64,000 bases of DNA from a virus (IMGVR_UViG_3300046804_004738:32001-96000), one strand, 5' to 3'. Shown: positions 29,275 to 38,442, numbered from the stretch's first letter. The notes: a model not told the origin generated them from the sequence alone. Translations and numbers: made by a program.

Positions 29275-29481
29275 TCATTTTGACAACACCTTAGCAAGAT
29301 AGTTGTGGATTTCATCCATTTCTTCCTGCTCAACATAAAAGTCGGTTAGTGGATCCCAATACTGACCTTGTTTTGGATCATAATACAGTACACGACCGTC
29401 TGAGTAGAAGAAAGGCCCCTCAAGTCCTTTACGGGGTTGAAATTTGTTGTCACGCTCACCAAGAACTTTATAGCCCATCAT
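29275..29481 (-). CDS. Hypothetical protein
   Basis: GLEGPF...GRVLYYDPK.G.YWDP motif. Confidence 0.7.
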   Translation of the reverse strand: MMGYKVLGERDNKFQPRKGLEGPFFYSDGRVLYYDPKQGQYWDPLTDFYVEQEEMDEIHNYLAKVLSK

Positions 29482-29678
29482 TCAACTCCAAAATGTTTTA
29501 GTACATAAGTACCAGGTGTTTGATATTGGTGTGCATTTATTGATGCGATATCCGCACATTCTTTTACTATTAGTTTGGCGAACCTTAGTATAGCCTCTCT
29601 ATTATACTCATCCATCTCATCCCAACAGCCTTGGGCTGTGAGTCCTGCTTCATACATAAGGTCGTCAAATATTGTCAT
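29478..29678 (-). CDS. Hypothetical protein (FA.LIV.EC...KHFGVE type)
   Basis: Recurrent small phage protein motif. Confidence 0.65.
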   Translation of the reverse strand: MTIFDDLMYEAGLTAQGCWDEMDEYNREAILRFAKLIVKECADIASINAHQYQTPGTYVLKHFGVE

Positions 29679-29902
29679 AGTTTTTGTTTTATATTTGCAA
29701 TTACTTCCTCTGCTAAATCGGTAGTATCAACACTATCAGCAAAGGCTAATTGCATCATTTCAATAAGGCTGCGGCAATCACGCTGGTCTTTAGCTGGAAG
29801 TGTTGAGATAAAACTTTCTACACCTTCCATTGTTTCAATAGCCCACATAATATCACATAGTGCCATTTGTTTTTCAGTCAAGCCTTCTAATTGAATAATC
29901 AA
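29675..29902 (-). CDS. Hypothetical protein
   Basis: TTG start after GGGGGA RBS. Confidence 0.6.
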   Translation of the reverse strand: MIIQLEGLTEKQMALCDIMWAIETMEGVESFISTLPAKDQRDCRSLIEMMQLAFADSVDTTDLAEEVIANIKQKL

Positions 29903-29903
29903 C

Positions 29904-30095
29904 TTAAATCCCCCAATAGCAGTTACATAAAAAATCTGCTGTTTCGTTATCATACAAATAACTTAAAGATTTCCATACAGAATCTTCAACATTATTGTAC
30001 TCGCGGAAACCTGTGTAAAGGTTTTTAAAAAACATCTCATCACCACGGGCTTCGGTATATCGCTCGGCTCGTTTTAAGAATTCTAGTGTGTACAT
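29904..30095 (-). CDS. Hypothetical protein
   Basis: GAGGA RBS. Confidence 0.6.
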   Translation of the reverse strand: MYTLEFLKRAERYTEARGDEMFFKNLYTGFREYNNVEDSVWKSLSYLYDNETADFLCNCYWGI

Positions 30096-30106
30096 TTTTA
30101 TTCCTC

Positions 30107-30247
30107 TTATACCATCTGTAAGGGGTTACGGCGACGCAAGTGTGCAAGTGCCTGCTCTTTACTATCAAACCTTCCTGAGATCGGTGTTTGATGACGACCA
30201 CGCACAATGTACCATCCGTTCAGTAATTTATTGAATACGACTTTCAT
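30107..30247 (-). CDS. Small hypothetical protein (46 aa, not in ORF track)
   Basis: MKVVFNKLLNGWYIVRGRHQTPISGRF...; fills the gap in the operon. Confidence 0.6.
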   Translation of the reverse strand: MKVVFNKLLNGWYIVRGRHQTPISGRFDSKEQALAHLRRRNPLQMV

Positions 30248-30249
30248 AA

Positions 30250-30522
30250 TTACATGCTCCAATAAGATTCGCTCGACGGGCTGCAAAAGTAAGGAGTGTC
30301 ATAACGCTCCTGAAACTCTTTACCGCCCATAAGATTTTTGCGGGTGACATAAGTTTCAAAAACTTCAACAATAAAACCCAACTTACGCTTGCCTTCAGCA
30401 ACCGCTTGAATGTAATCTTTAGTGCTAGGAGCAAAATCTTGTTTTGCATACAAGCGGCGACCTTCTTTGGTACGCTTGTCAGACTTGTAAATCTCAAGGG
30501 TATATTCAGTAAGCTTAGACAT
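30250..30522 (-). CDS. Hypothetical protein
   Basis: C-terminal NLM.G..F.E..DTP..CSPSSESYWSM; AAGGAG RBS. Confidence 0.75.
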   Translation of the reverse strand: MSKLTEYTLEIYKSDKRTKEGRRLYAKQDFAPSTKDYIQAVAEGKRKLGFIVEVFETYVTRKNLMGGKEFQERYDTPYFCSPSSESYWSM

Positions 30523-30552
30523 TTGAATCTCCTTATCAGTGACTATAACGAT

Positions 30553-30581
30553 AGTATATCGCCAAACGGATTTATTGTCAA
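30553..30581 (-). promoter_or_regulatory. Conserved early promoter
   Basis: TTGACAATAAATCC..., 17-bp spacer, TATACT. Confidence 0.85.
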
Positions 30582-30774
30582 ATTTCGGGCAAAGATTTTT
30601 TGTGTTTTTGTTGTCTTTTGTACAACATTTTGCTTTTGACAACTTTTGGTTTGAATGGGAGGTCGTTATCAAAAAGAACACGGTGTGCCCTAGTTTTGAC
30701 GGGTGTTACAAAACTGATAATTTCTCTTTTCATGATAGTAAATTAGTAACAATATTTATTATACCATTATTGTA

Positions 30775-31143
30775 CTAGAATATGGAATTATTGTCAAATC
30801 TTACAATTTTGACAAGGGTATTATTTTTGTAGTAAAGCTTGCCTTTAAAATCAAAGTGTGCCTCACGTTCTATACCTTCCTCTGTTATAGTTTCCCTAAC
30901 GTAATTAGGATAACCCCAAACGTTTGCTCTTTTGCATTCTTGTTCGGTCATCCCTAATTGTGGTTCAACTGCAACATAAGGAGAATTTTTTTTAATTTCT
31001 TCTATTTGTTTTTTTAATACATAACTTTCATATTGGTCATGTAAAATTAAACCAATTAAAATCAAGGGAAAGATCCACATCCAATGCCAAAAAAATCCTA
31101 GAAAAAATCCTATAATTCCCGTAATTACTAAAAAACCTGCCAT
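30775..31143 (-). CDS. Hypothetical membrane protein
   Basis: Two N-terminal TM helices. Confidence 0.65.
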   Translation of the reverse strand: MAGFLVITGIIGFFLGFFWHWMWIFPLILIGLILHDQYESYVLKKQIEEIKKNSPYVAVEPQLGMTEQECKRANVWGYPNYVRETITEEGIEREAHFDFKGKLYYKNNTLVKIVRFDNNSIF

Positions 31144-31442
31144 TATAGTTCAAACTCAAATTCTTTTACACTTTTGATAATAAAACTACGCCACGCTTTG
31201 ATATCAGTATCATATACTGCTATGTAATCTTTTTCTTTATTTTTTTCTCTTTTATCCTGAGTACTCTCCAATAAAGGTATAACTTCAGGATTTAATGTAC
31301 AATTCATTACACGTTCAGTACCGTCTTTTTTAGTAAAAGTTATTTTAACATTACGTTCCTGCAATAAAACTTTTATCCAATGATTAAATCTTTCCCAATC
31401 ATTGTCATTCCAGTCTTTCGTAAGGTTTTTACTAGTTGTCAC
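31143..31442 (-). CDS. SH3/Sm-like beta-barrel (WYL_2-like) protein
   Basis: FTKKDGTERVMNCTL...WRSF. Confidence 0.75.
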   Translation of the reverse strand: MTTSKNLTKDWNDNDWERFNHWIKVLLQERNVKITFTKKDGTERVMNCTLNPEVIPLLESTQDKREKNKEKDYIAVYDTDIKAWRSFIIKSVKEFEFEL

Positions 31443-31750
31443 TGTTCGACTCCTAAAATTTCTGTCGCTTCATTAACCTTTACCATGTCATCAAAAAATC
31501 TATAGCCATCTTCAATTAATCTTCTTGTATAAAATTTATTAAAGAAAAAAGCCATCATAATTTGAACAGGTAACCATGTGAGTGTAATTACTCCAAACAA
31601 CCATATTAAAAAATGCATCAGTGCTAATGAGTAATGTCCACGAAATACAGGAACCCAAAAGCCGAAAAACAAATAGGTCCAACTGAACCCATAAAAACCT
31701 CTTTTAATTATACCCGTTGTAGGGTGTCTCATTCTTATTGATTTTGCCAT
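31439..31750 (-). CDS. Membrane protein
   Basis: GFSWT..FFG.W.P.FRG...NK.Y...L. Confidence 0.7.
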   Translation of the reverse strand: MAKSIRMRHPTTGIIKRGFYGFSWTYLFFGFWVPVFRGHYSLALMHFLIWLFGVITLTWLPVQIMMAFFFNKFYTRRLIEDGYRFFDDMVKVNEATEILGVEQ

Positions 31751-32187
31751 TATTCTTTCATAGGAGTAAAAAATGCGTCCTTGATTTTTTCAGGTGTCCA
31801 TGACTTTAAATAGTCATTGTCATCGTAACACAGTTTTATTGCATCTTCCTCTGAAACAACACGGTGACTAGAAATTGTCTCGCCTAAATGTAACTGACTA
31901 AACTCTTTTGCTTCTTCCATAGTAACTGTATCAAGTGCCCATTCTGACTTTCCAACTGGTACTTGCACACAATATCTATGCCTAAACATTTGAACAGTTT
32001 CAACCAAGACCCACTCTGTATTTACACTTTTTTCTACTTTTGATAGGATTACACTTCCGTTTTCTTTGATATCCCAATTTAGTTGGTCACCCTCTTTTAA
32101 ATTAAGATCCTGAATAATTTCATCTGTTAATTGTATAGCAGGTTCACCATCTTCATTTAGAAAGACTTCCATTTGTCCGTATATCAT
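31750..32187 (-). CDS. AbrB-like N-terminal domain protein
   Basis: LNLKEGDQLNW. Confidence 0.65.
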   Translation of the reverse strand: MIYGQMEVFLNEDGEPAIQLTDEIIQDLNLKEGDQLNWDIKENGSVILSKVEKSVNTEWVLVETVQMFRHRYCVQVPVGKSEWALDTVTMEEAKEFSQLHLGETISSHRVVSEEDAIKLCYDDNDYLKSWTPEKIKDAFFTPMKE

Positions 32188-32316
32188 TTTATATAACTCT
32201 CCGCATAGTGTAGGGCTAAATCATAGTTTTCAAAATTCGTAACAAAACTATGTCCCATATCATTAGTTACAACAACAAAATATTTTTTGTCATTTTCCTT
32301 AAAAATAATACTTCTT

Positions 32317-32580
32317 TTAGTACTCGTCTGAAATATCTGTAGAGGTTTCATTATCTTCCAACATAGTTTGCCAATCTAAACCAACATAGTATTCAAGCAT
32401 AATTTCCATTGCTTTTTTATATCTTTTATTGGCTTTCAAATCCTCTTTCTGATAAGCTTGTAGATTTGGCTTTTTGTCTTTCAAACGCTTAATGTCTTCC
32501 TTAAGGCTTTTATAGTCTTGAATCAAAACGTCACGAAAAATGCTGTCAACTGCATCACTGCTTAATTCAACCTTCATCAT
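32317..32580 (-). CDS. Hypothetical protein
   Basis: ORF. Confidence 0.6.
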   Translation of the reverse strand: MMKVELSSDAVDSIFRDVLIQDYKSLKEDIKRLKDKKPNLQAYQKEDLKANKRYKKAMEIMLEYYVGLDWQTMLEDNETSTDISDEY

Positions 32581-33185
32581 TTGTTTTCCTTCCCTTCGTT
32601 TAACATCAACTGATCAAATTCATCCTTAAGTTCTTGTAGTGCAGCCTCCATATCTTTTAGGGATGCTTCATCATCTTCTTCCTCTTCTTCCCATTTTTTA
32701 CGCCATTCTTGATCTTCTTTTTCTTTCTGAATTCCATGCTCAGTTAATTCTACATCACTTTCACAATAAGGGCAAATCTTTCGGGGATCCTCAATTTCAT
32801 TACCCTCTTTATCTGTCCAACACCATTCTGCATCATAGCTCTGTCCGTTCCATTTACATTTTGTGCATTTGTGTGTTGGCTCTGGTGGAGGAGGTTCGTG
32901 ATGCCAGCTATCTTCATCGCCGTATTCATAAGTTATTTCATAACCACCCTTACGGTCAGTCCACCAATCATCATACTGACGATCCCATTCTAACTCAACA
33001 TCATTATCCCATGCATCTTGAATTATAGAATCGATATCTGCTTCACCTTGTTCTACCTCTTGCCAAAGTTTTTCTAATTCATCTTCATCCATGTTTGGAT
33101 AAATTTCTTCCAACATATCTTTGGTAAATTCAAGTGCAAATTGGCTATCAACTTGATGCCATTCATGTTTAACTAATGTAACCAT
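32577..33185 (-). CDS. Acidic protein with zinc ribbon
   Basis: CTKC...CPYC. Confidence 0.7.
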   Translation of the reverse strand: MVTLVKHEWHQVDSQFALEFTKDMLEEIYPNMDEDELEKLWQEVEQGEADIDSIIQDAWDNDVELEWDRQYDDWWTDRKGGYEITYEYGDEDSWHHEPPPPEPTHKCTKCKWNGQSYDAEWCWTDKEGNEIEDPRKICPYCESDVELTEHGIQKEKEDQEWRKKWEEEEEDDEASLKDMEAALQELKDEFDQLMLNEGKENK

Positions 33186-33192
33186 TTTTTCC

Positions 33193-33504
33193 TTAAGCAA
33201 TAAACCATTCATCCTGGTGTTCTGTCACAATTGTTTCTGAGCCATCATATTCATCAATACGAAACTTTGTGCCTTCGGGTATCCATTCTATACCTAATCC
33301 TACTACACCACCATAAAAATAATCTTTTCCGTAAAATTTTTCACAATGGGTTTTTATTGTTTCATGCGGCCAATCTAATTCAATCATCTTTACTACGTCT
33401 GGATCAAACAACAACTCTGGAACATGATGCCAGGTATACCAACCAGCACCAAATCCTGCTGAAACTAGAACAGCAACTTTTCCGTCCCTTACTAACTTAT
33501 TCAT
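33193..33504 (-). CDS. Hypothetical phage protein
   Basis: VAVLVS.GFGAGW...F.I.EYDG.E. Confidence 0.75.
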   Translation of the reverse strand: MNKLVRDGKVAVLVSAGFGAGWYTWHHVPELLFDPDVVKMIELDWPHETIKTHCEKFYGKDYFYGGVVGLGIEWIPEGTKFRIDEYDGSETIVTEHQDEWFIA

Positions 33505-33713
33505 TTTCTTGTTTCTTTTAATCTAGCACACTTTGCCTTAACTTCAATTGGTGTGCTTTCTAGTTTTTCAGCAAGGTCGCAATCATATGTCACACTATAC
33601 TTTTCTATATCATTGAGCCTATGCCAACTATAAACACCAAAGCCGAAAAACATCAGCCACGATATAATTAGGGCAATAGTAGTAAGGAACAACTGCATTT
33701 GTAATCTACGCAT
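33501..33713 (-). CDS. Hypothetical membrane protein
   Basis: TM helix, YDC.LAE...C. Confidence 0.6.
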   Translation of the reverse strand: MRRLQMQLFLTTIALIISWLMFFGFGVYSWHRLNDIEKYSVTYDCDLAEKLESTPIEVKAKCARLKETRK

Positions 33714-33733
33714 AATATTAGTATAACTTATTT

Positions 33734-34048
33734 TTATTTAAATGTATTCAGTTTTGGTGAATATTTTTTGATAAGTTCAACCTCACGCTGATGGGCAAAT
33801 GATTTGCCACGTACAATTTCAACTACCCCATAATTAAAAACATCAGTACCATATTTGCGAATGCTGTTATACAATGCCCAATCTTTGTTTTCTGCAAATG
33901 CACGTTGGACATGTTTGCGTATGCGTACATGTAGTGATTTTTTGACCGTACTATTCTTTTGTGTAATACCAATATACTGCTCATTTGTTGCAGTATTAGT
34001 AATTACATAAATGATATGATTACGATCTGATCGACGTTTCCTCAGCAT
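33734..34048 (-). CDS. GIY-YIG nuclease-like protein
   Basis: IIY.ITN...YIGIT...R...H...E..I...LN. Confidence 0.8.
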   Translation of the reverse strand: MLRKRRSDRNHIIYVITNTATNEQYIGITQKNSTVKKSLHVRIRKHVQRAFAENKDWALYNSIRKYGTDVFNYGVVEIVRGKSFAHQREVELIKKYSPKLNTFK

Positions 34049-34054
34049 GCCATA

Positions 34055-34083
34055 ATTATAGCACTAACTGGATTTATTGTCAA
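34055..34083 (-). promoter_or_regulatory. Conserved early promoter (probably leaderless transcript)
   Basis: TTGACAATAAATCC..., 17-bp spacer, TATAAT; ATG 7 nt downstream of the -10. Confidence 0.8.
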
Positions 34084-34531
34084 GTTTGGCTAAATGTTTC
34101 TCTTTTGCTAATAAAAGGCATTCTGTTAACAATGTGTCAACACGATTTTCTACATCTATTTCCCACGGGCAATTTTTGTAATCTTCATAACTCATTTCTT
34201 CTGGCAATTTATTTCCATAAGGAATGTTTCTCCAGTAGTAATGCCCACTTTTTATATCTAACATTCCAATATGCCTTTGGTGTATATGAATTAATTCATG
34301 TACAACGATTTTAGGGATCTGGTCTAAAGAAAGATTTATGTTTATTCCAAATCTATTTTTGACACGCTGATCTATTCCACCATATACATTTTCTAAAAAA
34401 GGATATAAACAAACTTGTAGTTTATTTGGAAGCTGAATAAGGGAACCCAATGCAATAGCAAGCGATCTAATCATTTGCTCATGCACTGGGCTTTTAGGTG
34501 TATTTTGATAATAAAAACTTACTTCAATCAA
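34064..34531 (-). CDS. Zincin-like metallopeptidase
   Basis: HELIH...PWE. Confidence 0.7.
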   Translation of the reverse strand: MIEVSFYYQNTPKSPVHEQMIRSLAIALGSLIQLPNKLQVCLYPFLENVYGGIDQRVKNRFGININLSLDQIPKIVVHELIHIHQRHIGMLDIKSGHYYWRNIPYGNKLPEEMSYEDYKNCPWEIDVENRVDTLLTECLLLAKEKHLAKLDNKSS

Positions 34532-34830
34532 TGTAAAGTCCTGCTATCAACAAAGTCATAATATTGATGTACTTGATCAATGATGTCATCTTTATTGTAT
34601 CCCAACTGTGCTAGTAAAGGCAATATTTCGACCAACACACCAAATGTTGCAGTACCGTATATATAATATTCATCTTCATTACCAAAATCAAACTCATGTA
34701 GTAACGGCATAATTTGTTTTTCTATAAACTCACTTGCCATTACTCCACTTGTTTCATATTGCCAATCTTCATAAATTTCTTCTTCTAATTCTTCTTCTAC
34801 CTCAGTTATTTTGCTCATGATTGGACTCAC
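34528..34830 (-). CDS. Hypothetical acidic protein
   Basis: ORF. Confidence 0.6.
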   Translation of the reverse strand: MSPIMSKITEVEEELEEEIYEDWQYETSGVMASEFIEKQIMPLLHEFDFGNEDEYYIYGTATFGVLVEILPLLAQLGYNKDDIIDQVHQYYDFVDSRTLH

Positions 34831-34852
34831 TAGTTAAGCACTACACATTTAT

Positions 34853-35704
34853 TTATATCTGAATACTTTTAAGACTTCTTTCAATTAGATGTTTTCGTTC
34901 CTGACTTGATCTTGCTCCTAATATAACTAAATTATATAGTTTATCTTGTTTACTTACAAGCATAGTAATGCAAAATCCTGCTGCGTTTGTAAACCCGGTT
35001 TTTAGTGTTACTATACCCTCTTTACCAAAGAAATTAATAGTTGGTCTAGCAGTGATTGTAAATGTTTTCTTACCTTTGGTTGCTTTAACTTTATAATCTT
35101 CACTTTGCGCAGCTTGCCTGACAATGCTAAATTGACTCACTGCATTTGTTAAAAAAATTATATCTTTAGTAGAACTTACATTACCTGAATGTAATCCTGT
35201 TGGATCATAAAATACTGTACTTTCCATCAATAAATCTTTTGTATTTCTATTCATCTGTGCGATAAACGCATCATATCCACCAACATAATTATCAGCCAAT
35301 GTTTTTGCTGCTAAATTGTCGCTATGTATTAAAGAAAGCATAATTAAATCTTTTCTCGTTAATTTCATACCTCTACTTAATCTTGTGTGATTAGATAAGG
35401 TACTAGTAACAGGAACAATTTCGTTAAGGTCTTGCTTAGCTGCCAAAACAGTATACACTGTCATTAATTTGCTAATACTTGCAATGCTACCACGGTGTTC
35501 TGGCAACGTATTTTCTAAAATATTATTATCAGTGACATTAACCAACAATACATTAGGACTTGTTTGAATTATTGAACTTCTTTTTTTGTAATGTTTTGTG
35601 ACCTGCTGTTTATTGTATCTTTTTGCTTTTTTAATTTTGTGTGGTTTAGCTTCCACACAAGTTGTTGCAAAAAATAATAGGGTCAATAATAGTAATTTCT
35701 TCAT
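34853..35704 (-). CDS. D-alanyl-D-alanine endo/carboxypeptidase (peptidase S11, PBP7-like)
   Basis: Signal peptide; SISK (SxxK), SDN, KTG motifs. Confidence 0.88.
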   Translation of the reverse strand: MKKLLLLTLLFFATTCVEAKPHKIKKAKRYNKQQVTKHYKKRSSIIQTSPNVLLVNVTDNNILENTLPEHRGSIASISKLMTVYTVLAAKQDLNEIVPVTSTLSNHTRLSRGMKLTRKDLIMLSLIHSDNLAAKTLADNYVGGYDAFIAQMNRNTKDLLMESTVFYDPTGLHSGNVSSTKDIIFLTNAVSQFSIVRQAAQSEDYKVKATKGKKTFTITARPTINFFGKEGIVTLKTGFTNAAGFCITMLVSKQDKLYNLVILGARSSQERKHLIERSLKSIQI

Positions 35705-35781
35705 ATAGTATTTAACTCGTATGTTGCAGTGTACAATATACACAGTTAAAATACTAGTGATTAGGACTATAGAATATAGCC

Positions 35782-35808
35782 AAAAAAATAGACCCCTAAG
35801 GGTCTATT
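35782..35808 (-). terminator. Rho-independent terminator
   Basis: AATAGACCC/GGGTCTATT stem with T-run. Confidence 0.75.
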
Positions 35809-36380
35809 TACATAACAGGACCGTTTCCGTTCCTAAATCCTACAGTACCGCCTTCTTCTTTAATACGTTTAATAACTTCTTCAAACAATATAGGACGGTA
35901 GTCTGTGTGTTCTACACATACACAATGATATCTTGGATCAATTTCGTACTCGCCAAAAATTTCTGCTTTTACCCTATTATAGTGTAAATGTCCATGAATA
36001 TTAGTACCAAAACGTCCTAAACTTTCTGAATGAACTGGAATGTGGCTCAATATCATTCCATTCATTACATGATATCCACGTACATCACGAAAATATTTTG
36101 TATATTCTTCAAGTTTAAAAATATCATGATTGCCTTTAATGAGGACCTTGTCTCCATTAAGCCGTTCAAGAATTTTTAGTGCTTTACGGTTAATCACAAC
36201 ATCACCGAGATGATATACTTTATCATTTGGTCTTACTGTTTCGTTCCAACGACGAACCATTTCTTCATCCATTTCTTCTGGATCATCCCATGGTCTTAAT
36301 TTAGTACCATCATCACGCAGGAATTTACATACACCAGCGTGACCAAAGTGTGTATCAGAAACTAAAAAATTTGCTGGCAT
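35808..36380 (-). CDS. Calcineurin-like phosphoesterase
   Basis: SDTHFGH, HLGD, GNHD, HGHLH; start reassigned outside tRNA-Pro. Confidence 0.88.
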   Translation of the reverse strand: MPANFLVSDTHFGHAGVCKFLRDDGTKLRPWDDPEEMDEEMVRRWNETVRPNDKVYHLGDVVINRKALKILERLNGDKVLIKGNHDIFKLEEYTKYFRDVRGYHVMNGMILSHIPVHSESLGRFGTNIHGHLHYNRVKAEIFGEYEIDPRYHCVCVEHTDYRPILFEEVIKRIKEEGGTVGFRNGNGPVM

Positions 36381-36397
36381 ATTTACCTTTCTATAAA

Positions 36398-36474
36398 TGG
36401 TCGGAGTACAAGGATTCGAACCTTGGACCCCCTGCTCCCAAAGCAGGTGCACTACCGGGCTGTGCTATACTCCG
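36398..36474 (-). tRNA. tRNA-Pro(UGG)
   Basis: Cloverleaf, CCTGC-TT TGG GA-GCAGG, CCA. Confidence 0.93.
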
Positions 36475-36478
36475 AAAT

Positions 36479-36552
36479 TGGTTGCGGGACCCGGAATCGA
36501 ACCAGGAACTGGAGCTTATGAGACTCCCGAGATGCCGTTTCTCTATCCCGCG
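36479..36552 (-). tRNA. tRNA-Met(CAU), initiator-like (C1:A72 mismatch)
   Basis: CGCGGGA/TCCCGCA-ACCA; CT CAT AA loop. Confidence 0.85.
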
Positions 36553-36558
36553 CTTGAA

Positions 36559-36831
36559 TTAACCTGTTCTATGAATTATGTGATAACCAAAATTTGTTTG
36601 CACTGGCTCACTTAATTGCCCTATGTCTAATGCAAAAGCAGCCTCTTCAAATGGCTTTACCATTTGCCCACGTGTAAAAGTGCCTAAGTCTCCGCCTTGT
36701 GATCCACTTGGACATGTTGAATTCGCTCTTGCAACATCTTCAAATTTTCTACCTGATATAATATCATTTCTTAAACCTGCAGCCCTTTCAAGGCTTTCTA
36801 CTAAAATATGACTTGCACGTATAGTTTGCAT
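36559..36831 (-). CDS. ppiC: Parvulin peptidyl-prolyl isomerase
   Basis: ASHILV, S.CPS...GGDLG.F..GQMV.PFE, T.FGYHII. Confidence 0.92.
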   Translation of the reverse strand: MQTIRASHILVESLERAAGLRNDIISGRKFEDVARANSTCPSGSQGGDLGTFTRGQMVKPFEEAAFALDIGQLSEPVQTNFGYHIIHRTG

Positions 36832-36852
36832 TTTATAATCCTTTAAAATTGT

Positions 36853-37050
36853 AAGGCTACTTATTCCCATAAGCCCCTCACTGAGCGGTTACTCTGTCCA
36901 CTACGTTTCTCTTATGGTAAGGTTGTAGTTCCGACCTACGATTTTTCTATCACCCATGTAAGCGGGCTTTGAGGCAGTTGATCGTAAGCGCCCTGACATT
37001 ATGGTGAAGTCAATTACCCCCTTTAATAACGTAGCAGGGACTACGGGATA
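36853..37050 (-). ncRNA. Candidate structured ncRNA (~195 nt)
   Basis: Relatively GC-rich non-coding tract; long-range CTACGTT/AACGTAG pairing and 3' hairpin. Confidence 0.45.
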
Positions 37051-37068
37051 CTTGTACTAAATAACTAC

Positions 37069-37329
37069 ATGTTACAATACATTATAGCACTTACTGTTGC
37101 GCTTAATGCAAATGATTTGTCCATTCCAGAACTTGAAAAGTATTATTGGGATTGCGATACACTATTTATGAAAAATGAAATGGGGCCTGATGTAATGAGT
37201 TGCCTCGCTATAACAGATGCATTCATCTTAAAAAAATTTAAAAACGACAATAAACAATTCAAAGAATATTGGAATAAAAATAAACACAAAGAATGGCAGA
37301 AACGCGGCTACATTCAAAAGACAACCTAA
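37069..37329 (+). CDS. Hypothetical secreted protein, antisense to the tRNA array
   Basis: TAAATA late-type promoter; signal-like N-terminus. Confidence 0.6.
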   Translation: MLQYIIALTVALNANDLSIPELEKYYWDCDTLFMKNEMGPDVMSCLAITDAFILKKFKNDNKQFKEYWNKNKHKEWQKRGYIQKTT

Positions 37330-37330
37330 C

Positions 37331-37408
37331 TGGAGCAACGGGTCAGATTCGAACTGACGGTTTTAGGGTTTTGCAGACCCTTGCATTGGGCCTCTCTGCC
37401 ACCGTTGC
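37331..37408 (-). tRNA. tRNA-Cys(GCA)
   Basis: AGGGT-CT GCA AA-ACCCT. Confidence 0.92.
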
Positions 37409-37414
37409 ATTGTT

Positions 37415-37488
37415 TGGCGTCCCGGCAGGGATTCGAACCCCGACCAACGGTTTTGGAGACCGGTATGCTGCCGTTACACTACCGAGAC
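37415..37488 (-). tRNA. tRNA-Trp(CCA)
   Basis: CGGT-CT CCA AA-ACCG. Confidence 0.92.
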
Positions 37489-37497
37489 ATTTATACA

Positions 37498-37701
37498 TTA
37501 TTTAAGCTTTTTTAGATACTCTTTTGGACTTAGTAGTCCTTTTTCAATTTCTTCTAATGCAGTCATTGTTGTACCATTTTTTGTTACAATTTTTGGTGCA
37601 TGTTTATTCTTTAGTTCACGTACTCTAGCACTTGCTATTAGAACTAAATTATAAATTCCTCCTACATTTTTTGCTGCTTTCTCACTAGTTTTATCACTCA
37701 T
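37498..37701 (-). CDS. rpoZ: RNA polymerase omega subunit-like protein
   Basis: VGG.YNLVLIASARVREL...TALEEI.KG; start reassigned to MSDKT. Confidence 0.8.
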   Translation of the reverse strand: MSDKTSEKAAKNVGGIYNLVLIASARVRELKNKHAPKIVTKNGTTMTALEEIEKGLLSPKEYLKKLK

Positions 37702-37715
37702 AACATTTCCTTTAT

Positions 37716-37790
37716 TGGTAGGAGATAACGGGGTCGAACCATTGACCTTCGCCTTGTAAGGGCGCTGCTCTACCACTGAGCTAATCTCCC
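37716..37790 (-). tRNA. tRNA-Val(UAC)
   Basis: CGCC-CT TAC AA-GGCG. Confidence 0.9.
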
Positions 37791-37799
37791 ACATACTTT

Positions 37800-37882
37800 T
37801 GGTGCGCATAGAGGGACTTGAACCCCCACCTCGTAAGACCAGAACCTAAATCTGGCGCGTCTGCCAATTTCGCCATATGCGC
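37800..37882 (-). tRNA. tRNA-Leu(UAG)
   Basis: CCAGA-TT TAG GT-TCTGG, variable arm. Confidence 0.92.
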
Positions 37883-37890
37883 ATTATACT

Positions 37891-37976
37891 TGGTACCCGG
37901 AGCCGGACTCGAACCGGCACGCCCTATCGAGCATTGGATTTTAAGTCCAAGGTGTCTACCATTCCACCACCCGGGC
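37891..37976 (-). tRNA. tRNA-Leu(UAA)
   Basis: TTGGA-CT TAA AA-TCCAA. Confidence 0.93.
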
Positions 37977-37985
37977 ATTAAAACT

Positions 37986-38059
37986 TGGAGCGGGGTAAGA
38001 GAATCGAACTCTCAGCTTTAGCTTGGAAGGCTAAGGTATTGCCATTATACGAACCCCGC
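37986..38059 (-). tRNA. tRNA-Gly(UCC)
   Basis: TTAGC-CT TCC AA-GCTAA. Confidence 0.93.
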
Positions 38060-38062
38060 ATT

Positions 38063-38139
38063 TGGTGCCTCCGACAGGACTCGAACCTGTAACCAACGGA
38101 TTATGAGTCCGCTGCTCTGACCAATTGAGCTACAGAGGC
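38063..38139 (-). tRNA. tRNA-CAU (Ile2 or elongator Met)
   Basis: GCGGA-CT CAT AA-TCCGT. Confidence 0.88.
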
Positions 38140-38147
38140 AATTTAAC

Positions 38148-38202
38148 TTTTTAAAGAACAATTCAATCTTTGTACTATACTGCCTAATGCTTTTACTGTC
38201 AA
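38148..38202 (-). promoter_or_regulatory. Sigma70 promoter plus rrn-type boxA
   Basis: TTGACA-17-TATAGT then TGTTCTTTAAAAA. Confidence 0.75.
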
Positions 38203-38205
38203 CTG

Positions 38206-38430
38206 TTAAACAAAGTCATCTGACCCAAAATACTCTGTTACTTTTTGCCTTGCCTCTTTTCTATTAAGTGCAGGAATCTTTACAGTAGCAATATTATTTT
38301 TTATTTTAATGTTAAAAGGCACTATGCCATTTGGCAACCAATTATCTTCAACACGAACCTTAACAGTAAACTCCTTAAGGCGCATTAGTCTTTCAATTAC
38401 TTGTTGCGTAAGATCGGATGGGTTTGACAT
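38206..38430 (-). CDS. Hypothetical protein
   Basis: Start reassigned outside tRNA-Thr. Confidence 0.6.
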   Translation of the reverse strand: MSNPSDLTQQVIERLMRLKEFTVKVRVEDNWLPNGIVPFNIKIKNNIATVKIPALNRKEARQKVTEYFGSDDFV

Positions 38431-38442
38431 AATTAAATTAAT

